Of a stretch of DNA of 64,000 bases, positions 35,541 through 46,712 are shown piece by piece (position 1 is the first letter of the stretch; each line of letters starts with the position of its first letter). Origin of the DNA: Phyllobates terribilis (Eukaryota). The notes under the pieces are model-generated. The model was not told the origin of the DNA and ran no database searches. It saw only the letters and a list, made by a program, of their open reading frames with translations. The translations under genes were made by a program, and so were the position numbers. The DNA lies in NCBI RefSeq assembly GCF_046119375.1, contig NW_027362765.1:87110001-87174000 (forward strand). Direction: 5' to 3'.

Positions 35541-35963
35541 TTAAAGGGTTTTTCCTATCTTCAGTGATGGATATTGTCAGGTAGTTCTTGTAAAAACAAG
35601 CACTTTTGCAATTTACTGCTTGTTAAAATTTGCAGCCATTCTTGAGTTATTAACACTTTTCTTTGTTGCTTAGGAGACCGACCACTGCTGCTGTCTTCCT
35701 TGTAAGCACTGTCCTGAAGTAACAGCATGCTCCAGCTATCCTGGGAAGCTTCAAAACAGCGAACAAGCTCAACATAAAAGAGCTTGTAAGCACTACATGT
35801 GTTCTACTGATTAGCTGCAGTGGTCGGTCTCCAAGGGCAACGAGATGTAAGCAAAAGAAAAGTGTTAATATCTCAAGAACGGCTGTTGGTTTTAATAAGC
35901 AGTAAATTGCAAAGTTGTTTGTATTTACAAGCGCTAGCCGACAAGATGTGAATATACCTTTAA
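35541..35963. mobile_element. TTAA-bounded MITE
   Basis: ttaaagg...cctttaa ends; internal arms ttgcaatttactgctt/aagcagtaaattgcaa, taacacttttcttt/aaagaaaagtgtta, ggagaccgaccactgc/gcagtggtcggtctcc. Confidence 0.75.
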
Positions 35964-37524
35964 GGCAGGTGTGAGGGAAAGTCGTAATGGCGGCTAGATA
36001 TAACTAATGAACTGACTGCTCAAGAAGGACTCTTCCTTTGTTATTAGACTCCGTGTTCGAGATGGGAACCTGATTGACCCTAATAAAAATCAGTGACCCT
36101 ATTACAGCTGAGTAGAGACACCTTAAAGGAGCGGTATAGGCAGCCATCTTGGATATCTTTGATGGAGCACAACTGAATGTGTCCTTATTAAAGGGGTATT
36201 CCAGCCAGAAACATTTATCAGATCAGGGGCAATATTATGCAGGAGCCCATGGATGACAGAGAATAGGGGCCCTCTTCACTTTTGATTTTACCTCCTTGCC
36301 TTCCAAGAGCTATAACTTTATTATTTTCCGGTCCGTATCGTTGTATCACGGCTTGTTCTCCTGCGGTACCAGACCATTTTGGAATCCATACGACTTTCCG
36401 ATCAGTTTTTATTTTCTTTTTTTGGAATGATCAAAAATCATTTTATTTTATTTCATTTTTGGGCTTCGGCGTTCTGGTGTGATAAGAACTGTCATTTTTT
36501 TTTGGACCTTTTTTATTGGTCTCATGATCATTTAGAAAGAAAAACCTTTTTAAAAATTTACTGTAAAATTACCGATCTCCTATGAAGCCCAGCCAAAGGC
36601 TAGGCTTCAGAGGTGTACCAACAAGGATGGCAGACTCGGAGGGCCGCCATGACAATGCCATCGCCATCGCCACCCCTTGATCTATGGCGGGAAATGGTAA
36701 CAGGCATCAGAAGGGACTCCTCCCCCCCATTTTTAACCACTGAAATGCCGCTGTCACGATTGCCGAGGGCAGCATAATAGGGGTTACGTATGCAGCAGGA
36801 AGACTTGGGTGCCAGCTGTATAACACAGCTGGCGCTAGCCCTGTTGGATGCAGTGGGCACATACAGCAGATGTTCATAACTGAAATCTAGGCAGAGTGGG
36901 CCCCCCAAGTGCTATGGACCCCTGGGGACTGTTCCCTCCCTGGCTATATCTATAGGGGCCCCCGATGATCACTAGAACAGTATGTCCTGGGCAACCTCAG
37001 CTCCGCTCCATCTTGAGTGTGTTTGCTTTGTTTCTAGGATAGGGATTCCCCTCGGTCATTTCCTTTGTTTATCCCACAGCCCAAAAAAAAAAAAAAGTCG
37101 CCCCATCCAAGTGTTCCCCGCAACGATCACGCCCTGCAGCTGTTTTTTGCCGTGAGCGCACGCTTCAGGAATCCAGTGTGGAAACATTTGTGTAAGCGTT
37201 TTGGAAACTGGGCGAAAATGAGCCTGTAACCATGGCGGTCACAAAACAAACGTGTCGTAATCCCCCTTCCCTGCCGCTGGAGAGGGGTTCTGGGAACTCT
37301 GCAGCCACGAAGTGAAGACTTAAGAAACCTATTCCTGTAAAGTAGCCGTCATGTGTAGTCACACATGAGTAACAGACCAAGCTGGCCTTGGAAAGGATGG
37401 GGGGGGGTCATCCAAAATAATCGCTTATAAAGCAATTCCCTAATATACGTATGTTTTCAGAATTGTTCTTGGGTTCCTGTGATTTTTGCCATTCAGTAGG
37501 ATGGGAAAGAAGAATGAAATAAAG

Positions 37525-38200
37525 TACAGATTATGGGAGTAAGGAAAAAAAGATGGATGGCATAGTAGAGATTATGGGGCTAGGGAAAGATGGATGATAT
37601 AAAGTAGATATTATGGGGCACAGGAAAACTGGATGACAGAGATTATGGGGGCTAGGGAAAGCTGGATGACATAGTAGAGATTATGGGATTTAGGGAAAGA
37701 TGAATGACAGAGATTATGGAGGTAAGGGAAAGATGGGTGACATAAAGAGGAAATTAGAAAGCACGGGAAAATCAATAGCATAACGGAGATTATGGAGTTT
37801 AGGGAAAACTGGATTACATAGAGATTATGGGGTTTAGGGAAATCTGGATGACAGAGATTATGGGGGCTAGAAAAAGCTGGATGACATAAAGATTATAGGG
37901 GCTAGGGAAAGCTGGATGACATAAAGGTTATGGGGACTAGGGAAAGCTGGATGATATAGAGATTATGGGGGCTAGGGAAAGATTGATGACAGATTATGGG
38001 GGCTAAAGTGAGCTGGATGACAGAGATTATGGGGGCTAGGGAGAGCTGGATGACAGAGAGTATGGGGGCTAGGGAGAGCTGGATGACAGAGATTATGGGG
38101 GTTAGGGAGAGCTGGATGACAGAGATTATGGGGGATAGGGAAAGCTGGACGACAGAGATTATGAAGGTAAGGGAAAGGTGGATGACATAAAGTAGAGATT
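37525..38200. repeat. 33-bp minisatellite (~20 degenerate units)
   Basis: GAGATTATGGGGGCTAGGGAAAGCTGGATGACA; 11-aa periodicity in ORF 37996-38190. Confidence 0.88.
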
Positions 38201-38825
38201 ATTTGGAGATGAGGATTTTTTTCCCTCGTCGTGGCTGACAACAGAGAACAATAGAGCTAAGATAGTATTTAGCTTCAGCGGTAGCTGACTGTGATAATGG
38301 TCCTATTGTGAGAACGGGTGTGTGATGGCAGCGCCTGGGGTAAACTTGTGCCCAGACAGAGAGCTGACAGAAGCGTCTGGCACGGCACCTCTGGCTTTAC
38401 ACGACTTGTTCATACAGGTGTTTGGGATCCCAACCACAAAGCTTCCTCCCCGCACTCCCCCTTCTAAATTTCCTGGCACCCAGATAGGAATCCGTATGTT
38501 TCCTCAATGGTCTTGTTGTCGTGGAAACAAGGAAGTGCGTCCGAGGCGGCGCTAACAGGAATATAATTACAGATTATGACGCACGGGCAACATTCCTAGC
38601 TGTGACAGAGGAAGGGATGACTTCCCTGAAGGAGACGGCCTCGCCTGTTAACCCTGCTGTGTATGGTAGACAGGGCCACTCCTGATCCTGCTGATGGGCC
38701 ATGTCATCGCCATCTCACCTGGATTAACCATCTACCATTCTCACCTGGCGTGGGAGTGGGAAGTCATAACCGTCACCCCGCTTTCCCTGACTCCTGATAG
38801 ACTAGCTGCAGCGTGCTAACGCTTA

Positions 38826-39028
38826 GGCCCTGGCCCCACTATCAGTATTTGATCAGTATTCGGTCAGTATTTTTTCTCAGGAGTGGGAGCCAAAACCAGG
38901 TGAGGAACAATCAGAGAAAAGGTATAATAGAAACAAGTCACCAATTCTGCATTTATCACCCACTCCTGGTTTTGGCTCCCACTCCTGAGAAAAAATACTG
39001 ACCAAATACTGATAGTGGGGCCTTGGCT
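38826..39028. mobile_element. Harbinger-like MITE with near-perfect ~58-bp arms
   Basis: ggccccactatcagtattt...tctcaggagtgggagccaaaaccagg / cctggttttggctcccactcctgaga...aaatactgatagtggggcc. Confidence 0.75.
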
Positions 39029-39443
39029 TATAGTAACCATTCGGGTTGTCACCCAGCTTTCCCAGAGACAGATATAACTAAGGAAGGGTGGTCTTCTACA
39101 TAGGGTGCTTGAAGGCGTATGGATATCAGTGCAGTGGACTATTTTCTGCTCTGCCAGTAGTTGGTTATGTGACATCATCAGCCCCGACGTGATGATGTCA
39201 CTAGTGTAAAACACACATAGTACACATACATAGCAACTTACTCACAGGCCTACAAGATAACATACACATAATAAAGCACATGTGTGCATATATAGCCATA
39301 CATGCTAAGATCTATATACACACCAACTCAGACACAAGATACACACTGGGACATCAATACATACACACAATACAATATATACACAGAAAGCAACTCAGCT
39401 TTATATTACACACATATGTGGATTTTGTAGTATGTACCTGAGT

Positions 39444-39448
<5 letters not shown>

Positions 39449-39527
<79 letters not shown>
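39449..39527. repeat. (AT)n microsatellite, ~39 units
   Basis: Read directly. Confidence 0.98.
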
Positions 39528-39529
<2 letters not shown>

Positions 39530-39530
<1 letters not shown>

Positions 39531-40260
39531 TATATATTACACACACAGCAACTCAGGTACACAATAAGAAATCCATACACACTGACATATATATATACAC
39601 ACCAACTCAGGTAAACATACACACACCAACTCACATACAAAAAACATACACAATAAGGCAACAATACATACACACAGCAACTCAGATACACATGTTCACA
39701 CTAATTGAGCCATACATATATACACACACACACACTTCAACTCAGATACACACTAAGAAATCCATACACACTGACATATATATGTATACACACACACCAA
39801 CTCAGGTAAACATACACACACCAACTCACGTACAAAAACCATACACAATAAGACACCAATACATACACACAGCAACTCAGATACACATATACACACTAAT
39901 AGAGCCATATATATATATACACACACACACTTCAACTCAGATACACAGTAAGAAATCCATACACATGTATACACACACCCCAACTCACATGCAAAAATAT
40001 ATACAATGAGGCATCAATACACACTCAGATACACATATACACACTAAGAAATCCATACATATTCACACACATAATATATATATTACACACATACAACAAC
40101 TCATATACAAAAACATACACAAGGCATCAATTCACACACACAGCATATACACACTAAAAACATCCATACACACTAACACAAGCATACATAAACAAAATAC
40201 ATAGACACACACTAAAATATCTATATGTGCACACACAGCAATGTATACACAAGATCCGTA
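39530..40260. repeat. CA-rich degenerate tandem repeat
   Basis: Recurring caactcagatacac, aagaaatccatacac and caactcaggtaaacatacac blocks. Confidence 0.8.
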
Positions 40261-40791
40261 CGGTGGCTTTGGTAGTGATATGTCACGCGAGCAAAGATGG
40301 CTAGGTGTCGGTGCGACATAACAGCACAATACTAATTAATGGGGTCACATTGCGACCTTGACATGAAAGTCACAGAAAATCGTACTCGCTTGGATTTTTT
40401 GTGACCTGGTAGTCGCAGTACAGTTGGGTTCGCAATGTGACCCCATTCACTTTTATCACACTGCAAGGTAGCTGCGACACCTAGCCAACTTTGGCCAAAG
40501 TCTCTACATAGCCCCAGCCTTACACATACCGTACCCACACACACACACACACACACACATATAAAGGAAGACATCCACACTAACACATATAAAGGAAGAC
40601 ATCCACACTAACACATACACATTCTTACATATATACACATACCCCAACTCAAACAAGCATACACTAACACATCCATATACAAACAAAAGACCTACATACA
40701 CACACGTACAACTAGTCACACATATACATTACACACATACATAATACATTAGACAGATAATTTCATTTGTTTTGGCAAAAAAATACTTCTG

Positions 40792-40797
40792 TTTATT
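40792..40797 (-). terminator. Candidate SOCS3 polyadenylation signal with an upstream AU-rich block
   Basis: Minus strand TTTGCACTAATTTATATTT...TAATTTATAATAAA. Confidence 0.6.
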
Positions 40798-41573
40798 ATA
40801 AATTATAAAGCCCGATGTAAAATATAAATTAGTGCAAATGTCCCAGATAAGTGGTGCCTTTAGGGGGCGCCATGTAAACATAAATGAGGTCACAATGGCA
40901 AATTCTGCGATAGGACATGGGGTTATTCTGGTCCAGTCTCTTTTTGTGCAATATTGTCCTGATCCAGACTGCTCACATTCACGGTGAGGACACTGCGATC
41001 CTGTCCTCCATCTTGCACCTAAGACTCACCACCCATCCATTATAGTCAAGTTTTTTTCATGAAGCTGCCTTAACATACGAGGCCAAGTCGCTTGCTGTAA
41101 ATTTGTGCAAAAGTTCCTGATGTGTCTGTCACACTGCCGCCGGTGGGCATGCCCGGGGGAGTGTGCACGGTTATTCTCGCTCTTTCAGCAGATTAAGGCT
41201 ACGTCGGTGACAATAAATATTTCTTCTGTATAACCGATGTGGACATTCAGTGCAAGGCGGGTGCTTGGCTCTGGTGTTGTGCCAGGGGAAGAGGACCAGA
41301 ACCAAACCTGCAGTCTCCATAGTCCTGCACCCGTGTAAACGTGTGGAGTTGGGTAAAGTCAACGGTGCTGGGGGTCTCGACAGCCTCGACAGTCTCTCGC
41401 TTGGCGTCACGTCAGATCTAGGCCTCGTGTCTGTCTCCGTCTTAGTAGGCACTTTGGTGATTCTTCCATACTGATCTGTTGGCGTCAGCGCCAACACTTG
41501 GCTCAAAGTGACGTTGATCTTTGAGGTTCCAGTCAGCCATAGTGCTCTTTCCACCACAATTGTGGCTCCTTCA

Positions 41574-42158
41574 TTATACGGGGGAGTCGTATTTCTCTAG
41601 GAAGTCCTTAATGGGCATCGGAAGTTGCTCCTTGGCACCATACTGTTCCAGCTGCCCGTTGACGGCCTTTCGGCAGAGATGTTGCAGAGTGGAGACACTT
41701 GAGGACAGAGGCCTAGACAGTAATAACGGGACACGCTCACCCGCGGCATAGATGTAATAAGACCGCTTGGCGTTGGTGGACATGTAATGCTTGAGAAGTT
41801 TTAGTACACAATCGAACCTCGGCACCGGCTGCGACCTGCGTTGGTCAGTCTGTAAAGAGAAGCCACAAGGATCGCACTGGATGCGCAAGTTCCTGGTGCC
41901 GGACTCGGTTTTGACGCTAAGTGTGAAGAAGTGCCTGTGGTCTGAACTGTCCCGGATAAGGAAAGTGCCCGCCGGTTCGGTATGGAGGAGTGAGTTGGCT
42001 TGGGAACCGGATACAGTGCTCCAATAAAACCCGCTCTCCTGCAGCTTATGTACCGAACTCAGCACCAGGTTGTACTCGACTATAGAGGTGAAGGTCTTGA
42101 GCCGAAGGTTGGAGTCCAATACCCGGCTCATAGTCGGGAATTTGCTCTGAGTGACCAT
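41574..42158 (-). CDS. SOCS3: Suppressor of cytokine signalling 3, 194 aa, single coding exon
   Basis: MVTQSKFP, KIR LKTF, SH2 (SGFYW, GTFLIRDSS, FDCVLKL), SOCS box TLQHLCRK...LPMPIKDFLEKY. Confidence 0.98.
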   Translation of the reverse strand: MVTQSKFPTMSRVLDSNLRLKTFTSIVEYNLVLSSVHKLQESGFYWSTVSGSQANSLLHTEPAGTFLIRDSSDHRHFFTLSVKTESGTRNLRIQCDPCGFSLQTDQRRSQPVPRFDCVLKLLKHYMSTNAKRSYYIYAAGERVPLLLSRPLSSSVSTLQHLCRKAVNGQLEQYGAKEQLPMPIKDFLEKYDSPV

Positions 42159-43522
42159 GACGGTGGGAGCCAGCTTTGCTTCCGGTCAGGATGGAGCCGG
42201 TGTGCCTCGAGAGAAGCGCCGAGCTGATTTTCGTTACAATTTTCTGGAAAATAGAAAAACGGAGGAGATTAGGATTTTGTATGAAGGAAACGATGCATTT
42301 TCCTACAACTGGAAGCTGAGATACAGGGAGCTGTATGGTGGACTTCTCCTATCGGAAAGCAGGTGGTCAAAACTTACCTAACCTGAGATCATAGTCACCG
42401 AGGAATAAAATCATGGCTGACCACTAATATGAAGACCCCCCCACCAACAGACAACAACCCATATCTCAGCTTCCTTAAAGGAGTCACACCTGAATTTCCA
42501 GGTTTTGAATACAGTCAGGCTTCACGTAAATGCAGCTGTGCTCGGCCTGCGTATCATTTGCATAGCTTCCAGGTATCTACCACTGACATTCTCAGAATAG
42601 ACTATGAGTAACTACAAGATCAGCCTTCGCTTAGCCCCCCTTAAATCATACAAATCCAGCACCGCATTGCTGAACAGACCCCCACCGATGTAGCAGAGCA
42701 GCAGTGACATATGGCACACTCAGTTCTGCTACACTTCCTATCGCAGTAGCAACAAGGAACCGTCCACCTTCCTTGAACATTGACATACAATAATAAAATA
42801 TAATAATAATATTATTATTATTTCTTATTTAAATAAAAAAGCAACAATTTTTGCATGTTGTTACTATTATTTCAATTATTATTATTTCTAATTTAAATAA
42901 AAAAATGCAACCATTGTTTTATTAATTCAATTTTTTTTATTATTATCATTTCAATTATTATTATTTCTAATTTAAATAAAAAAGCAATTTTTTTTTTATT
43001 AATTTGATTTTTGCAATTACTATTATTATTATTTCAATTATTATTATTTATAACTTACATAAAAAAAAGCAACCATTTTTTTATTTGATTTTTTTGCATT
43101 TTTTATTATTATTTCAATAATCATTATTTCTAATTTCAATCGGAAAAAAAAAGCAACCATTTTATTATTAATTTGATTTTTGCATTTTTCATTATTTCAA
43201 TTATTATTTCTAATTTCAATAAAAAAAAATGCAACCTTTATTTATTTATTTATTTATTTATTTAATTCAATTTTTGCTTTTTTTTTTAATTGGTAAAAAA
43301 AAATATTTAAATTAGAAAAAAAAAAAGTAATAATGGCAAAAAAAATTTTTTTGTTAAATATTCCTTCTTTTTATCTTTACCGAATTTTATTATTATTATT
43401 TATTATTATTATTATTATTAATAATAATATTAATAATAAGGAAATAATGAAAAATTATATATTTTTAAATTAAATTTGGTAAGAAGAAAAAAAAAAAGAT
43501 AATATGACTCGAGATTTCTTAC

Positions 43523-43662
43523 CGGGTATGTTTGCAGAAGTCCAGCTCAGTTAATGTTTTGGGGTCCTGTAATATCCTATATGGAGAGAGTGGAATATTC
43601 CGCTTCGAGGGACACTATAATAATCCACCGTTGTGCTTGCTCCAAGTTACAAATGAGCATAC
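43523..43662 (-). other. SOCS3: Putative non-coding exon 1 of SOCS3 (intron 42244-43522)
   Basis: Donor CCG|GTAAGA at 43522; acceptor ttttccag at 42244, 85 bp upstream of the ATG; TATA box about 30 bp further upstream. The TSS is approximate. Confidence 0.6.
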
Positions 43663-43687
43663 AACTCCATGAGATGACACGCGCACA

Positions 43688-44031
43688 CTTTTATAGTGAT
43701 GTGAGCTCGCACTCCTCCTCCTTCCTCAGACACTCCTCTTCCCCATACACAGCATTAACATTACAGGAAGAGCCTCTTCCAGGAACAGGCCTGTATCATG
43801 CACACAGCTCACTGTGATGGCTGGGGGCCAGATCCTGCCTCCCTATTCCTGGCAGGGCTCAGAGGTTTCTCCCATTCTCTAGTAGTGTTTCCTTCCAAGA
43901 ATCACAAAGGACACACACATGCAGAGACCCTGACTACAGGCTGTCAATAGTTTTCTGGAACCATTATCATTCAAAAATGTCACTTTCTGGCAAATTGCAG
44001 CAGAACAAAAAAAAAAAAACATTCACAGGAA
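43688..44031 (-). promoter_or_regulatory. SOCS3 promoter: TATA box plus a cluster of STAT (GAS) sites
   Basis: TATAAAAG (minus) 43688-43695; TTACAGGAA 43761-43769; TTCCAGGAA 43777-43785; TTCCAAGAA 43893-43901; TTCACAGGAA (N4) 44022-44031. Confidence 0.75.
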
Positions 44032-44299
44032 ATTATTGCTACAAGTACAGATTATCAGTAGTTGCGGTGAAGGTTCTTTTTTCTTTGTAATTTTGCATGA
44101 ACTTATTCCTTTTTTTGCATCCCCTATATACAGTATTATTATTTTATTATACTTATTACTGTTTTTTGTTTTGTTGGTAATTCTGGTAATTAATTTTTTT
44201 TCCGGTTCCTCTGATATCATTTTCTTTAGAAGAACTATATAACTTTTGTTTAGTTTTATATCATTTTAATTATTAGAAAAAAAATTTTCACTTGTTTTC

Positions 44300-44690
44300 T
44301 TAAAGGGGTTGTCCAGTGAAAAAAACCCTTAGGATAGGTGATAACTTGTTGATTAGTGGGGGTCCGATCTTGGGGACACTTTTATCCCCGTTAGGTTATG
44401 TAAAATGCAAGTAACCTGTTTAATGGGTGCAGAAAATCTGCTACATCAAAAACTCATGGTGGGAACAAAGCCTTAGAATGGAACGGCAGTGCGCAAGTGC
44501 GACTATTTTTCCGGCAGCCCCATAGAGAATGAATGTAGCGGCGGTCGGGCACCCGATCTGTCGCACCATCTTGTAACAAGCATTAAAGTTCCCCATCGGG
44601 GATCACAATTCCCCGTTCTGTCGATCGATGCAGGTCACAGCGGCTAGATCCCCCACAGATCAGTGAGTTATCACTGGACAACCCCTTCAA
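44300..44690. mobile_element. T2-like MITE
   Basis: 17-bp TIR aaggggttgtccagtga / tcactggacaacccctt. Confidence 0.75.
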
Positions 44691-45299
44691 AAAAAACTTT
44701 TTTTTTCTTTGTTAGCCCATCTTAACACAGCCAAATGAAAAATTCATCCAATTTTTCTTCCATATTGTTACCGTGTTTTGACACCTGCATATCTGTTTTT
44801 GACAACTGTATTTTTTTTTCTGAAATCTAGAAGAATGGATGAGTCTGCATTTTTTCCAGTTCCGAACTACCACATTGAATATCATTGGTCCCTGTGCGGA
44901 TCATTATTACATTTATATTTATTTATATATATATATATTTATTTATTTTTTATTTATTTTTTTTTTTTACATATTTTTTTTTTCATAATAAAATTTTGAC
45001 TGTTTTTACTTTATTTTTTTTCGTAATGGGAGTATTTCTGCTCTGCTCACTTCCGCACCAGGAGGTAAGCGGGGCCAGTGACGTCACGACTGCTGATGCC
45101 GACCGGGTGGCTTGTCTGATCAAGTATTGTTCACCTGTCCGTTAATAAATCGGGCATGCCAGGTATCAATAGACATGACGTCACTGACATCAGTCACCCC
45201 TTGATGTGGATAGGTCCTGCCGATCGCAGTCATCCAGGTATCATTACCAGCCCTGCTCACCTCCTGATGCAGACAGAAGTGAGTGGAGCTGAAATACAC

Positions 45300-45730
45300 C
45301 CTTTGAATATATTCTTTATATATTTTTTTATATTACAGAATTTTTCCTTTTTTCTAGGTATACACTCTTTAAAAATATTTTACATTTTTTTTATACATTT
45401 TTTATATTACAGAATTTTTCCTTTTTTTAGACATACACTCTTTAAAAATATTTAACTTTTTTTATAATTTGTTATATTACAGAATTTTTCCTTTTTTTCT
45501 AGGTATACCCTCTTTAAAAATATTTTACATTTTTTTTATACATTTTTTATATTACTGAATTTTTCCTTTTTTTCTAGGTATACACTCTAAAAATATTTTA
45601 CATTTTTTTTATACATTTTTTATATTACAGAATTTTTCTTTTTTTCTAGAAGTACACTCTGAAAATATTTTTAAATATATTTTTTATATATATTTTTTTA
45701 TGTTACAGAATTTTTACTTTTTTTTCTGAC
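45300..45730. repeat. AT-rich ~73-bp tandem repeat (~6 units)
   Basis: tattacagaatttttcctttttttctaggtatacactct recurs at about 45331, 45406, 45476, 45552, 45624 and 45702. Confidence 0.85.
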
Positions 45731-46712
45731 ACTTAAAATGAGATCAAAATGCTTTTTTTTTTTTTTTTTTTAGAAAAGCTTCATTTTTTGGCGAAAAAAA
45801 GTTTGCGCTCAACTTTATTTTTTCGAAAGCGTCAGCTGATGATGTTGGCAATGAGCAGGTTAATGGCAGCACGCTGCCGGCCGGCAGTGCTGTTTTTGTA
45901 CGTGGTTTGCAGGATGTACGTCCCTCTGTCTCACGTGTCTGTGCGTGTGTCTGTACTGTAACTATACAAACACGCCGCGCTTCTGGGAACCGGAGCTCTG
46001 AAAAACACAGCTGCTGCCTCTTCAGGTGAAATGCAAACCATGTGTTATTAGAGGCGGCGGTGGCAGAGCGGAGGGCACCTCCTAAGCTCAGATTTGGCAT
46101 CACGTTATGAAACCATAGAAAAAAAAAATATTTTCATAAAAAAAAAAAAAAAAAAGTGAATAGGCCTCAGTGTGTTGGCAGCGGGCAGAGGAGGGGGCAG
46201 CCCCGATGTACACGTCCTCGGATAAACTTTATGTATGAGAGGTAGGAAAACATTGATGTGACGTTAATGCTTCGAGGGAGCTCCGCATTCCTCGTACGGG
46301 TGCAACTAAATCACTCTACGCAAATATTTGGCGCCGCCATCGCTTTTGTTTTTGCTGCGTATTAGAATTTTGGACACTGGATTTGCGCTGACATGCCAGA
46401 GTCGGGCAACTGGCGCCAGAATATTTCGACAGTCTGTAATGTAAAGTGTCGCGGAATGTGTTGGCGCTATAGAAATAAAAATTATTATCCATTATGAACA
46501 TTGGCAGGAGCGCTCGCCAGCATTGGGCATCGTATCTGATGTCGAACCTTCACATTTTTACTCAAATTTACTCTTGGAGCAAAGGTTTCCCCCTGAATTA
46601 CTTTATGATACAAGGTCACCCAGCTTTCCCAGTTCCTAGACATTATGTCATTTTACGGGATTTGCCTTTCAAAGTTGATGAAAAGACTGTTAATAAGAGT
46701 TTGTGAAAGCTG

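Noticed and set aside
39401-40719. Tyr/Ile-rich and His/Thr-rich ORFs
   Set aside because: (AT)n and CA-rich repeats with no coding signal.
42780-43480. Extremely AT-rich stretch in the SOCS3 intron
   Set aside because: Low-complexity ATT/poly-T repeats with no specific structure that can be supported.
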